A stretch of DNA of 64,000 nt from Yuukianura sp. NJ FZ-2021 (GCA_046563655.1 CM102287.1:8680001-8744000); one strand, 5' to 3'. Counted from the stretch's first letter, positions 11,136-24,698 are shown. The notes: generated from the sequence alone by a model not told the origin. Numbers and translations are program-made.

Positions 11136-12982
11136 TTATTCATCGAGACAGATTGTCCGAACGAGAACTTCAGTGACCGAGTAGGGATCACAATTTGAAC
11201 TGGGTCGACGATCTTCCAAGTAGCCCTTCCTCTCTTCAGCAACTGATCGTGGAATACGGATACTGCAGCCACGGTTAGCAACGCCAGCAGAAAAGTCATG
11301 AATTGACGACGTCTCGTGGTGGCCGGTCAGACGACGTTCGTTGTCTTTTCCTTGTTTTGGATCGTAGGCCTTGATATGACGAAGATGGTGTCGGGACAAC
11401 TTGTCAATTGCTTTTTCAATGTCCAAGATTCCGTTTTCTTCTCGCATGGCCTGTAATCAAAGTGAACGAATCAGTAATAAGATGTCGGTCCGAATAACAC
11501 TTTTCGGGCCAAAAATTTTTTTCGGTCCGAATAACTTTTTCGGTCCGAATCAAAACGGCGAGGACAAGAACAATGGAAACTCACCTTGGTTGAGAAGTTT
11601 GTGTGGCATCCAGCACCGTTCCAGTCACCTGGAATTGGTTTGGGGTCCAAGGAAACGTTGACTCCGAAGTCTTCAGCTACACGGTGCAGAATGTACCGAG
11701 AGATCCACAGTTCGTCGCCCATGCTGATTCCTTCTGATGGTCCAATTTGGTACTCCCACTGAGCCGGCATCACCTCGGCATTGGTTCCGCAAATGTTGAG
11801 TCCAGCGTAGAGGCATGCGCGGTAATGTGATTCGACGACATCACGGCCGAAGACCTTGCTTGCGCCGACTCCGCAGTAGTACGGTCCCTGTGGTCCTGGA
11901 AACCCGTTCTTGGGCCATCCGAATGGATGCATGTCTTGGTCCAGCAGGGAGTATTCCTGTTCCATGCCAAACCATGGGACTTGGTCCTTGGCTTTGATCA
12001 TGGCGTCTAAGCAACTGTGACGGTTGTTAGTTTCTGAAAGTCAATACAAAATCATTAGTTACTCCGTAGTATGTACTTCGGCAGCATGTACTGCCAGTAT
12101 TCTGAACTTTGAGCTCACCTGTTGGCTTCTTGTTGTACTTGTAGGTATCGCAGAGAACGAGCTTGTTGTTTCCAAGCAAAAATGGATCTTTGTACATAGC
12201 TACTGGGTACAAATAGGTGTCCGAATTGGCTCCCTCTGCCTGATAAGTTGAGCTTCCATCGTAGTTCCACACTGGCAAATCTGCAATTTCGAAAAAAAAA
12301 GTTATGACCTTTCGACCTCTGACGCAACTTTACGAAATTGTTTGTGTTCCGCTAGTTTTGCATTTTTGAAAAGCTCGCTCTATGAAATTGCAAAAATCCT
12401 GGAACAAATTTTGCACGCACGATTCCAGGAATTGGCAAACCATTTATTTACATACGTTATTCGCATCAATTCGCGCAAATTTCACACCTATGCGTTCCAC
12501 GACGCCATTTTTTGTTTGCAAAATTGTTTCATCCGAGTAGACGTTCTTTGTTAGTTGACATTGTAGCTTTGTAGAAGCCAATTTGCAAAAATATTTGCAA
12601 ATTTCATTAGCTATGTTTTGCAAATCGAAGGTCATTAGCACTTATTTGTAAGTCGAGCCAATGACACCGCTCGAGTTTACAGAAAAGTTCAGCAATCAAG
12701 GTACGCTAAAGTTTGCATAGTTTATGGGTGGGAGTTTGCAAAATGAAATTGAAAAAATTTGCAATTTGCAAAAATGATGCAAAATTTTTGCAAAGATGAG
12801 ACTTATCAGTATTATTTACCATCTGCCTTCTTGGGAATGTAGTTGACTGTCCTAGTTTTGCAGCGAACGTATTCCCCTGTTCCGTCAATCCACACGTACG
12901 TAGCTTGACAAATGTTGTCTTCAATTGGAAGGCTCAAGTAGCGATCCAGGACTGCCTTGTTCGTGTAAATATTTGGCATCAT
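11136..12982 (-). CDS. GS: Glutamine synthetase (type II), 4 coding exons
   Basis: [59 protein letters not shown] and [10 protein letters not shown] motifs. Confidence 0.97.
11484..11551. repeat. Short degenerate tandem repeat in the last GS intron
   Basis: tcggtccgaat occurs three times plus one variant, separated by T tracts. Confidence 0.6.
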
Positions 12983-15900
12983 CTTGACTCTGCAAATCTG
13001 GAAACATAAAAAAAGTTGTTCAAAATCTTTGTTCAAACAGTTTTTTCAAAAAACTAATACGCCAATGAATCCAGAACAATCCAGCCTTACATCACGGTCC
13101 ATTTCCCTCCTATGCTCAACTTTTTTCAAAACCTTTGTTCTTGTTCTAAAAATAGGCTTTGACTTTTTAGAAAAACCTAATAAGTCAACAGGAACTGACT
13201 CAAACCAGCTCCACACGTCATGACCTCGTCAAAACCACGTTCAAAATTTCAGTATTGTCAACAACCTCCTTTCTTCCTATCTCAAACCACCAAAATTTTG
13301 AAAAAATCTGGACTGCTAGCGGTCAAAAAACCGCAGCTAGCGTGATTCTATTGCTCAACTTTTTTTTTGCAAACTTGAAACACTTTCAGGCCAATTCCGC
13401 CCGTAATCAACAAAGATTAAGGTTGTTGTTGAAATTGGCAAATCAAGTTAATGTCGTTACCATGAGGATTCTCTAGCTGCGACAACTTGCCACTTTCAAG
13501 TGAACCCACTTGACCTTGCCATCATCCTACAAGAACATATCTACTTTTTAACAATTTTTTGCAAACTCAACTTTGCAAAAAATTGTTAAATCAAACAAAA
13601 GACGAGTGTTTTGCCACTTTTGTTAAGGATGCGCAGTATAGTAGAGTGGCACGACATGTTTTTCCATTGTTCCCACACACGCCATAATTATTTTAATCAT
13701 TTTGATTTTTTGTTTAAAAAGAGAAAAATGAAAACGCGTTGTCAATTAAAAAGTGTCTACAGCTAGATGGTATTGAGCTACTTACAGAAACAGAGGAGCT
13801 CTGGTTCGAATCAACCTTAGATGAAACCTTAATTGTCTTTTTCCTGACTGTTTTAGGCTAAACCAGTTGTTAGGTTTAACTTTTAGCCTAACGAATTGAG
13901 ACACAGGAGACTACGTGACAGGATCCAGATCCAAAACAGGTTTTAAATTGATTGTTTCCTGATTAATGCTTGAATTTTATGGGAAAGGAAAGTGGAATGA
14001 GGATGACGAATGAGAAGATCAAAAGAAGTTGACCTTCGAAAGCACTTTAAAACACGATTTGGCAAAATTCTAGTTCTAAAATTTATGCAATTCTTGCAAG
14101 TTTTCAATTTCAACCAATCCCTAAGCGTCTGTGCCACACCCCCAACAAATTGCCAAAGTCGTACCACCAAAGTCGCCCTTTTGCTAATTTTCAATAGTTT
14201 AGTTATGTATAAAATCCAAAATTCACGAATTTCGCGACGCAATTTATAATCTAATGAAAAAAATCTTCGAAAAAATCGTGAAAAAACTTTAGAACAAAAA
14301 CTGATTTTTATCCTTGACCTTGAAACGAGAAGAAAAAATCAAGGTCAAGGCAAAAGTGTAACTCAAATCTTCGAAGATTTGAAATCTTCTTAACAAAATC
14401 TTCCGTTTTTGTCTGTTACCACCCGACCTTAACTTTTTACCTTTTTTTTAAATTTTGTAAAATTCAAAATTTTAAATTTCGTTTATGACAATGCTTCCCC
14501 TCTTTTATAAAATCCAAGATGGAATCAACTTCTATGAGACGCGTAACTTTAACGTAATCCAAAATCCTGAGCTTGCTTAATTTCAAAATTTTGAAATTGT
14601 TTTTAAAAAATGTGTTTTCCTTACCAGTAGACTTGAAATGAAATGACACTAAAAATTTCAACTTCTTGTTTGCTGAAGTTGACGATGAGACCAGGACGAT
14701 GGCCAGGAAATGACAGGGAAGAGGATAGTATGATGCCAATGGTTTTATACCAAAAAATCTAACTTGCTACTTGCTTTTTTTCCTTTTAGGTTTAACATTT
14801 AGCCTGCAGTGTTGCATAGACTGGGCTTGGAATTTAGTATTTCCAACATACAAAAGCTTCAGATTGAAGTAATTCCCTTGCAAATTGCTCCAGGACAGGA
14901 GGGGCAGTTGCCTATGGCTAAAAAATGTCCATGATTTCATGTCCATGTTCCATGTATTCCTTGTGCCTCTCCAGTCGATGAATATTGCATGGAAACCTAC
15001 TAACTTTTGTATAAAAAATAAGTCAACTCGAAACCAATTTGCGTCAATTCAAGCTAAACTAGCTACATCCTCCTTGCTAGACATCGACAAACACAAAAGA
15101 TCTTGGACAAGAGACTGCGTCTCGACGAAGCGACTGAAATGTTTTTTTTAGGCATTTCCATACTTTGATGTGAGTTAGGTCAAAAAGTTTCAAAATTTTG
15201 AAAAATTCAAATTGAAAATCCATTTTTCTATGATTTTTTGTCGATTTTTAACAGCCTTTCAGGTCGTGACCTTTGGAAGCCCTGAGTTCCTATTTTGGGA
15301 AAAATCGAAAAGTTCTTTGACCTTGAAAGTTGGATTGGAACTAAACCCTAAGCTTATTGTGTAAAAGATTAAAGGTGTGATAAAAGTTATTGGAATTGTG
15401 TTGACAAACAACTTTATTGCAGAAACATTTTTTGCAAATTACAATTTCGCAACTGCAATGACTTGCAAATTCGTTACGCTTAATAATAGCCAATTTCCTA
15501 AGTCCAAAAGACGCATCTTCAGTACATCTCCACGCGCAGTGTGTAGCAAGTTGTGCAAATAGTATTGATTTTTGCACAACATGACTTTTCTTGCTTGGTT
15601 TTGACTTGTGAAGCTCTGTGGCGAAAAGTGTCTATCACTTTTCATTAGAACATCCACTCGAAACCTGTCACCTAATCCACTTTAGCACAAAAGTACCTAA
15701 ATCCAACAACTTTTTGATAAGCAGCGTCACTAAAGTTGTCGAAAACTCTTTTTTTGTCAAAATTTTTAGTACTCGGGCTGAAGTAGTGGTTTTCATAAGC
15801 TCGTAGCTTTCCTCAGGCTATTTCAGAGTTTATGGTGTCTAAAAATACGATTTTCCTTTGTTTCGTTTCTTTTTTTAAAAATACATTATAGTTTTTGAAA

Positions 15901-17014
15901 AAAAAACAATCAACAAATGGAAATTTTGTGGAACTGTCTGCTTATTTCACAAGAGACTTGGTTTTAGCTTTTACAAAAACAAGATGAATATAGGCAAAAG
16001 GTACAAAATAAGTTAAGCTGTTGGCAGAGAAGGTTTAATTTTTCTTGAAAACGAGATTTTCAAAGACGTATTTTGAGTAAATCCTGAAGCTTCAAAAAAA
16101 AAGTCGACACATTATGCGGAACACTTTACATTTTCTTGCCATAGAGGCAGACAAACTAAACTTCCTTGGCACTCCTCATTTTAAAATGCTAAATTTTTCA
16201 CAATTTGTATAAAAATTGCAAACTGAAGAAAAACTGGTTTGTTAAAGTTAACATCGCGCCACTTCCTAACAGTCTGACCTCTGACCTTCCCTAACTCATC
16301 CATCCAGAATCCAGAAATCGATGTGTTTACATAAAAAACGACTAACTTTAACACTTACGTTTGCACTTCAACAATTGCAACAGTTAAAACCATGTAACTT
16401 GGAAAAAGCTATAAGGGTTTACGAAATACTGAACATGCTAGATGCCTCGTAATCTGTTTCCAGCGAATTTTTTATACAAACATCAATACGTCATAGACGT
16501 CATGTCCAGAACTAGTGCATTATGATTAATGAAAAACCGCAGCGATGAAAAGTGTAGTATGGTGTGACAGAAGAGTCGAAATCCCTAGAAAATTATAAAT
16601 CATCGTCTGTCGCAATTCCAAGAATTGACATGCGCATTATATCCAAGTAATCGTAGAAAGCCAATCAGGTTTGACCTGGATTGACCTCATCACTACTCAC
16701 CACCCTAGCTCACGTAATTTTTTGACCGCAAGAGTATTTTTGGCTCTGCCGCAAAAGACCAACGACTTTTTCATTTTTGGCAGAAAACATAAATCTAAAG
16801 TACTTTTTGGGGTCAAAATGTGAAAAGACAATCGCTGAATCGCTGATTTTCTTTTCCTTTTGGCTTCTGTCCAGAAAGTACCTCTGAATGAGTCAAACGT
16901 TGAGGTTGGTTGCGTAATTCAACCTAACCTGCCAACGACATATCAAAGTTCTCACTATTTCAATATTTTAGGCTTCTTTGACCTTTGACCTCAACAATTG
17001 CTACGAATGAATTC

Positions 17015-17174
17015 CTCCGAAGCGAATTGTTCCGAATGACTTTCTAGGAATCCATTTCCTCCGAACGGCAAATATCTTCAAAAAAATCTGCCTTCCGGGG
17101 GAAATGAATTCGAAGCGATTAATTCATAGCAATTCCCTTCGGAGAAATTCCCGTCGGAACAATTCCTTTCGGAG
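17015..17174. repeat. Imperfect palindromic element (MITE-like or Helitron-like remnant)
   Basis: ctccgaagcgaattgttccga (17015-17035) is the reverse complement of tcggaacaattcctttcggag (17154-17174) with 2 mismatches. Internal tccga/tcgga sub-repeats are also present. Confidence 0.55.
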
Positions 17175-19696
17175 CAATGGCGTGCTACCCTTTGACCTTG
17201 AGCATCTTAATTAACATTAGACTAGAGTAGCTCGGCTAACCTATTCAATAGTGATTTAGCTTACAATTAGTTAACTTATTAGTTAGTTAACAATATTTTG
17301 TTAGTCTAGCAACTCACCTTAATGATAATGACTGTTTGTCTAGAATCGTTGCTTTGTAGTCGTTTTTAAGTAGGCAGTTAGTTAACCGCAGTTTTTCAAA
17401 ATCACAATCGTAGTAATTCTCTTTACCCTTGAAAATACTTTTCTCCTCTGCAAATTCTAAGCGTTTCTCAGTAGGAGGCATATGAATTAAGGCCAGTTTT
17501 TTAAAAATTGCAAAACTGCAATTTGCAAATTGTTCACTCAGGTAAAGAAATTCGCAAACTTGCAAATTTCTGGTTCTTCGCTGTTCAGTTTCTTAAGTTC
17601 GACTAAAGTCCAAGGCCCTCTGAGTACTTTTCCGCTTAAAAGGAAAATTTTGGCAAAAAATGTAAAAGGAGAGTTTCCTTTCGGAAGTTGTGCAAAACTG
17701 TTTCAGTTTAGAAACGGAAAGTGTTTTATATGGAGCTTCAGTTGCTCGTGTTTTGCACATGTTACATTATAGGATCGTCTTTTGCTCCTATCCTCCTATG
17801 CGGTCGATTACTCCGAATAATACCCGCCTCCCCACCCAAAACCCGAATCTATCCCCGTACAAAGTCTTTTCAAAGTCAACTTCTTAGAAACTGACTGGAG
17901 AAGGAGAGGTTCTAGAAGCAATTTTTTTCTAGACTTTGCACAGCTATTCACGTGTCAAACTGAAGTTCGCACTTAACATTTTGTACAAAGTCGTTTATGT
18001 GCCTTTATCTGCACAAACCACAACCAATTTTCAATAGCTGCTGCTCGTGGGCTGAATCTTTTCAACCACAAACAACACGTTAGGTTAACATAACCTAACA
18101 AGAATCTAACATTAGCCTAACCTTACATAAATCTAAAGTCAAAAAGTAAGAGGAAATGAAAAGTGGCTTATGATTTGGATGACGTTGGTTTATACCAATT
18201 TTGGAAAAAATTTTGACCTTTGACATTTAGATTTTCCATTACTCTGAAAAATGACCCTAATTTGTTATTTTTTCATCATTTTTGTAGCTATAAACTTTCG
18301 TAAAGCATAAAGAAACACTACACGCTTTTCATCACAGCGTCTTTAGCCCATTTTTCTTCATGTTCCACTTTCTTTCAAAGGTGAAAGTGAAAAAATAGGT
18401 CATGAATTTTTTAGATCCGTTTTTTGAGAAAACTGAAACTTTGCTGCTAGTAAGTAAAGGTGAAGCTGAACAAGGAATTTTTTGATCAACAAAATGAAAG
18501 TAGTTTGTAGAAAAATATTTGTAGAGCAGAGGCTTACCTCAGAATTCTAAAGTTTAATTCTGTGGAAATGCTGGCTTGAGTCACCCTATGCGTGAGTAAG
18601 TACTTGAAATGCTGCGGAAGTATCGATTGACCCAGAATGGCCTCGAGCGTAGATTCAGGTTGAATTTGTGTTGTTGAGATACGGATTCCAGAGAAGATGA
18701 AATAATTCTGAGTCTTCCTGGAAATTGTTTCCTTGCGTATTCGTTCGTGCCTGTTTAAGAAATGTTTTCTTGGATGAGAATTTTCACTTGTTTTGTTTTG
18801 TAAATTGTGACGCAAGTGACCCAAATGAACTTCTGTGTAGTAACTTAAAATATTTCTGATGCAAGAAAAGTATTGACTCAACTCAGTTACAGCTAATTTT
18901 AAGTTAAGCAAAAGTTAATGCACAAGTCAATTAAGTTAACATGAGTTAGCAAAGTGACATGCACATGCAATCGGTTCATTATTAGCATTTTCAATGCCTT
19001 TGAGTTTAGAGTTTAGCATTTCAGACTACTATGCTATTGTTTTGCTCGCGTTTTAGTAACATGAAAAACAGATTAGGTGCAAAGTTCAACTGAAGTTCTT
19101 GAGCTGACGTAACTTCTAAGAACTTTGACGTAACTATTTGTTTGAAAACAAAACAACAAGATCTACAGAAGCATTACATTTCATGTTTTAGTTTTGTGAA
19201 ATCATTTTTATTTTGAAGAAATTACTTTTGGAAGAAAATTTTTAATACGAAATCAATTTGAATTTGTGTTAAATTTTTGTTAGAATTTTATGTTTAATTT
19301 TGCCAATCTAAAGTTTCAACGCCATTTAAAACTTTTCAGAGAAAAATTTTCGGTTTTTGATATGGAGGAAAATATTTTCTTTTTAAATGGCGTGGATGTG
19401 AAACAATGAATTTGGATTTGCGCAGTTTCGATTGCGCACGGCTTCGGATGATTCAAAATCTTGAAATTTTAATAGACCGTGAAAGTGGTAAGAGATTGGG
19501 ATTAATTAGTTTCATATAAATTTAATTACGGAGTAGAACAATGGAGATGATAGAGTCTCACCGACACGAGTAAACAATTTGAAACGATTTTTTCGTCGTA
19601 AACTTTGAAAATAAAAAAGTTCGTTGCGCTGAATCAGAGCTTTGTCAGTTTTTTCAGCGCTTTTGAACACTTGAAGTGAAAATTCAAATTTTCAAA

Positions 19697-22163
19697 ATGA
19701 GTGTTTCTAATCCTAAAACTTTTCTAATAGTTTCCGTTTTAGTTGTAGTTGTAGCCGTAAGTTTACAAATTGTTCAAAAACTTCGGGATTTGGAGTTTGA
19801 TTTTTTTTTCGAAACTAGGAGAGAAATCCTCTTTTTTTTCTGATTTTTTTTCTTTAAATTTCAGTGCTGTCTGGTGCAAGCGTTTGATGACCAAGAACTG
19901 GCCAACATCGGTGCTTCTGGACCGCATCGCTCGGGCCTTCCGGTTCCGGAAGTCGGTAAATCAGCGCGTCCAGTCCCTGTACCCCTAATTGACCCAGCCC
20001 AGTTTCAGCCACCTCCGGGAACTCCAGAAAACGTTCCAGGGGCAGCGCCAATACAACCAGAAGCGCCAATTCAACCAGCATCACAGTCAACTGGAGCAGG
20101 AAGTGACAAATCTCAACCAGCAGTAGTGTCACAGCCTCAGCAAGTAGCAGCGGGACAATCAAATCCAAAACAAAATGGCGCTGCAGTTCCGCCTCAACCA
20201 CAACCTGTAACTTCGAACGGAGGCCAGCAATATGGTGGCGTTTCACAATCTATTCCGCCTGTCCCACCAGTTCAAGCGCCACCGCTGGACGGAAACGCTC
20301 GTTTCTTGGATATTTTGGCCAATGCCAAATGCTTGGGACAAAGTTTTGGACAACTTCATCCACAATTTCCAACATACAGCCAAAGTTGTTCCAATGAACC
20401 GAAAACGGTAGGTTGGAAAATAAAATTTCGGAAAATCTTGCAAAAAATTTCAAACAAAACCAAAAATTTGCAATTTTCTACAATTTTGACTTTATTTCTT
20501 TACAGTGTCGCTCGGTTTGCATGTTCGTGAAACTCGGATTGGTAGTCAATACTTTAATTTTTAAATATTTAAAAAACAATTTCAAAATAGTTTTTGAAAA
20601 CGAATTCGTAACTAATGAAATTTCTGCTAGATTGAAGAGAAAGGAGGAATCAGCGTCCCAAATTTTCTGAAATTTTGTGAAAATGTTTTCACTGGTCCAC
20701 TTGGGCAATTGGGAATTGAATTTCAGGGAGCCTCCAAATCTTGTCTAGCAAAACACAACTACCCGGGTAACATCGATGTTCAGGGAGGATGTCCAGCCTT
20801 CCAGCCTGTCATGAACTGCCTAACGGATTCCCTGCGACAGGTTAACCGATGAAACGATTTGACCAGTATTATTGTAAAAACTAGTTTTCTGCTTGGTTTT
20901 TCCTAGATTTGCAAGCTGGGCGAACCAAAAAAAGATGGCGGAAGAGGAAACAGCGGTGAACGTGGTAGCAATCCTAATGGTGTCTACAACGGTCAGCCAC
21001 GTCAAGGCTACAACGATGGAAAACCTGACAAGAAGGAATCAGGAGAACGCAAAGGTGGACTCTTTGGATATCAAGGTCAAGACAATCGTCGTAAAGAGTC
21101 CGGAGAACGTCAGCAACCTCCAAATCAAGGTTACCAGGCTCCACCTCCGCAACAAAATCAAGGCTCTGCATATCAGCGTCCACCGCCAACTCCAGCGCCA
21201 GCATATCAAGCTCCTCCTCCTCCGTCGAATCAGGCTCCACCAAAACCACCTCCGACGTCTTACCAAGCTCCACCAAATCCACCTCCGTCGACCCACCAGG
21301 CTCCACCAAATCCACCTCCGTCGTCCTACCAGGCTCCACCAAATCCACCTCCGTCGACCCACCAGGCTCCACCAAAACCACCTCAGTCGTCTTACCAAGC
21401 TCCACCAAATCCACCTCCGTCGTCTTACCAACCTGCACCAACTCCACCTCCGTCATACCAAGCCCTCCCGTCTCCACCTTCGTCATACCAAGCCCCTCCA
21501 GCTACCCCGCCATCATATCAAGCTCCACCGAACCCTCCTCAGTCATACCAGGGTCCCCAAAATCCACCTCCGCCATACCAAGCCCCTCCAACTGCTCCAC
21601 CATCATACCAAGCACCACCAAATCCACCTTCGTCGTACCAAGCACCGCCAACGCCTGCGCCTTCTCCAGGATACCAAGCACCTTCAGTTCCAAATGCAGG
21701 TTATTCGCTTCCCCCGCAAGGCCAAGGGTATCAACAACAGCCTCCGCAGGTACAACCATACCAACCACCTCCGCAGAATGCAGGATACCAGCAACCAGCT
21801 TCCCAAGGTCAATCGTACCAACAACCTCTGGTAAGTCAACCATTACCTTCCGGACAGGGATACCAAGCACCATCAGCTGACGCTGGTTTCGGATACCTGC
21901 AACCAGAAGGAATGATGCAGGGATACCAACAACCTCAGCAAGGTTACAACATTCCAGCGGCAGGGTATTCTCCAGACGTAGGTTCTGCTTTTGGAACTGG
22001 GCAAGGAGTAGGATTGACCAACAACCAACAAGCAACTGGCTTCGGCCAGCCCAGTATGCAAGGTTACAACTTTCCGATGGCAGCCTACAACCAGAACCCG
22101 CAAGTTCAGGGATACAACCCGCCAATGCAGGGTTTTAACCCTGCAGGTCAAGGGTACAACTGA
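19697..22163 (+). CDS. Secreted ~700-aa protein: Pro/Gln-rich region, OBP-like Cys domain and extensin-like repeats (5 exons)
   Basis: Exons 19697-19756, 19865-20407, 20506-20541, 20631-20840 and 20907-22163, all phase 0. Signal peptide; C-X25-C-X3-C-X44-C-X15-C-X8-C spacing; YQAPPNPPPSS repeats. Confidence 0.8.
21200..21660 (+). repeat. Coding tandem repeat with a ~33-bp (11-aa) unit
   Basis: caagctccaccaaatccacctccgtcgtcttac-like units encoding [Y/H]QAPP[N/K]PPPS[S/T]. Confidence 0.9.
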
Positions 22164-22402
22164 AAACTGTGGGTTGTATTGTCAATGGAGTTATCAATTA
22201 GTTGAGCTATGAATCAATTCGAACGCAATAAATTGTAACTTTGAGAATTTCTTACTCCCGAAACTGAATTTACGGCGAAAAATCCCAATGTACTAATATT
22301 ATAACTCAAAATACTCTATTCCTAACTAACGTTTTAACTTGTGACGTACGAATACACTACAGCTAGCATTTCATTTGTTGCTGCCTTGGATGTTGTTGTA
22401 AC

Positions 22403-23158
22403 TCAAGGGTAGTTTTCATAAACGTATGGGGGTGGTAGCAAGTCTGTCGCCGGAGTCGACTTCAACGTAGAAGCAAATGTAACTCGTTTCATTCCTACCA
22501 AAAAAATTCAAAGTAATTCGAAACTAATTCAACAAAGGTAGTAAATTGTTCATTACTAGTAATTCAGTATACCTTGTAGCGGAATCATGTTAGCCTCCGT
22601 TTCGTTAATAGTTGAAGAACGACGTACAGGAGTCGGAGCAGTAACAGGGACAGCGACAGGTAGTCGGATACTTCCGGTATTGAATGGAGTTGGACCCATT
22701 TCTACAGAAAAGTACAACAGTAACCGACAAAACAACTGAAAAACGTATTTCCAAAGTTTCAAATTCAAACATTGCTTTAGTACGTTGATAAGTTACAGTT
22801 GCCTCCCCTCGACATCCATCACAACAAAAGTGCTTGCAGCAGTAGAAGCAACAAATTGTGATGAAGAAAACAGCTAAGCATGATATAACGTAAACAGCGA
22901 TTTCGATACTGGTAGGTGGCGCTCCCGTAACGTTGATACTTGGATCGTCTGTTGACTTGTTGATCTTGACACCGGAAGGTCCAACGCTGACCTCAATGCT
23001 AAAAATAAAATCAACTTCAATGACATTCACCTAATAATTTATTTAGATTGGGATCGAACTTACTTGGCTGTAGGTTTTGATCTAGCTTCACAATTCGGAA
23101 AAATGGCGCCAGTCAGTACTGCCAGTGTGCAAACCAGACAGAAGAATTTGCTGGCCAT
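22403..23158 (-). CDS. Single-pass membrane protein with a Cys-rich juxtamembrane region and RVxF and PPPY motifs (Shisa/WBP1-like architecture)
   Basis: Signal MASKFFCLVCTLAVLTGA; TM segment IAVYVISCLAVFFITICCFYCC; last exon GMKRVTFASTLKSTPATDLLPPPYVYENYP*. The donor of intron 2 is uncertain. Confidence 0.65.
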
Positions 23159-24698
23159 GCTGTAGTGGAGGAGCTGTAAATAAGCTTTAACTGGATTCAA
23201 ATTTAGAAAATACTAAACAACTAGAAAGTTACCACAATGGCTACAGTTGTTCAAGCATCAGCCGATGAGTGAAGAAGAAGTTTGAAGATTGAAGAATACG
23301 CCTTTGACCTTGGAAACTTCAAGAAATTTAAAAATCTTGATCTTATGAAAAAGTTTATCATGTAATTTTGAACCCGTGGTTTCACGAAAGAATGCCAAGA
23401 ATGTTGGCGGCAAACACCGAATTCAAAAATGATTTGTTTTGATTATTGCAATCCATTCATTCTCTGTCATCTGTCAAATCTGTCTTCTCGTCCTCGCAAT
23501 TAATCTTAATCTTAATTAATTAATTAATTGTAAATTTAGGTTTTCCATATTACTACAGTTTTAGCGTTCACATTACAGATTCAGAAGCATCTTTGAGTCC
23601 AGAGACAGACACCAAAACAGACGAAGGTAAAGCTAAATTGGTTACAAATTATGAACTAACGAACTGAATGTTTTCAGGATTCAGGATTACTGAACACGGG
23701 AATTCTCGATCCCGGTTGATGGTGTTCGATTGGGGATTTTCGGATTTTAATTTTTGGATTTCGTTATCGTCTGGATATTCAATCATCCATCTTCTACCTT
23801 CGTACGGGGTACGTAGATTTTGTAGTGAGTTTGGATAAAAGAAAGATAGAGGGTTGATTTTGAGAAGTTACGAAGAAAAAGAAATCATCAAAACTAACTC
23901 TTAGTTTTTTTTATTTAGTTTCAGGTCATTAAAACGAAGTGACGTCCGGCTTTCCTCCGACTGCACAAGCGACCAACTGGTCACTGAGCTCTCCGATTAG
24001 TCCACCGAAATCTAATCTGAGATGTCAACAAGCTTAGGATGACACTGCGTGGAAGCTTTGAATTGATTATCATCTTCGGCTGCTGCCCAAACTGCTTTAC
24101 TCTGTCAACTTTGGTTTTCTGGCCATATCGTCTTGATTGTAAGTGGTTTCAATGTGACTTGCTAAGCTAAGCTAAGACATAACCATATGGGTAAAAATGT
24201 TGTAAAATCTATTACAGTAGGACGTACGTCGTGGAATTGTAGGCAACCTGTTACACTATTCAGCTCCTTTCCTCATTGCCTTGGCTTATTCCATTCCATA
24301 TGGATGAGAACAAGATTCCCTGGCTGACTCAAATCCTCCTGAGTTCCCCATTGCCTCCAACAGTTCAAATCCCAAATTGAATTCATCTGCTGTCCTCTTC
24401 CGTTCGTGTCTCCATCATACTTAAATCCACCCACCTTTTGTTATTATAATTACTCATTAACTGAACATTTGCAGTTGGGATTTGGGAGGTTAGGGAGGGG
24501 CTCATTAGCTCAGTTTCACTGGAAGTTACTGCTAATTCTAAGGTTAAATTTTCAATTTCTTAAACGTTTCTAATCGGTTTATTGATTTTTGCACTGAAAA
24601 GGCAAGGTTTAACTTCTATTGTTGCTTTTCAGGGACCTAGTAGCTGATACTGCTCAAGTTTTACGTTCTTCAAACGTTCAGTGAGACCTACCATCAAG

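Noticed and set aside
12340..12800. Recurrent TTTGCAAA-rich patches (also ~15400-15580 and ~17500-17570)
   Set aside because: Degenerate low-complexity sequence without definable ends or coding capacity; I cannot support a mobile-element call.
20893..21834. 313-aa His/Arg/Leu-rich ORF and the antisense Trp/Arg-rich ORFs
   Set aside because: These are shadow frames of the 33-bp coding repeat. The spliced gene uses the Pro/Gln/Tyr frame.
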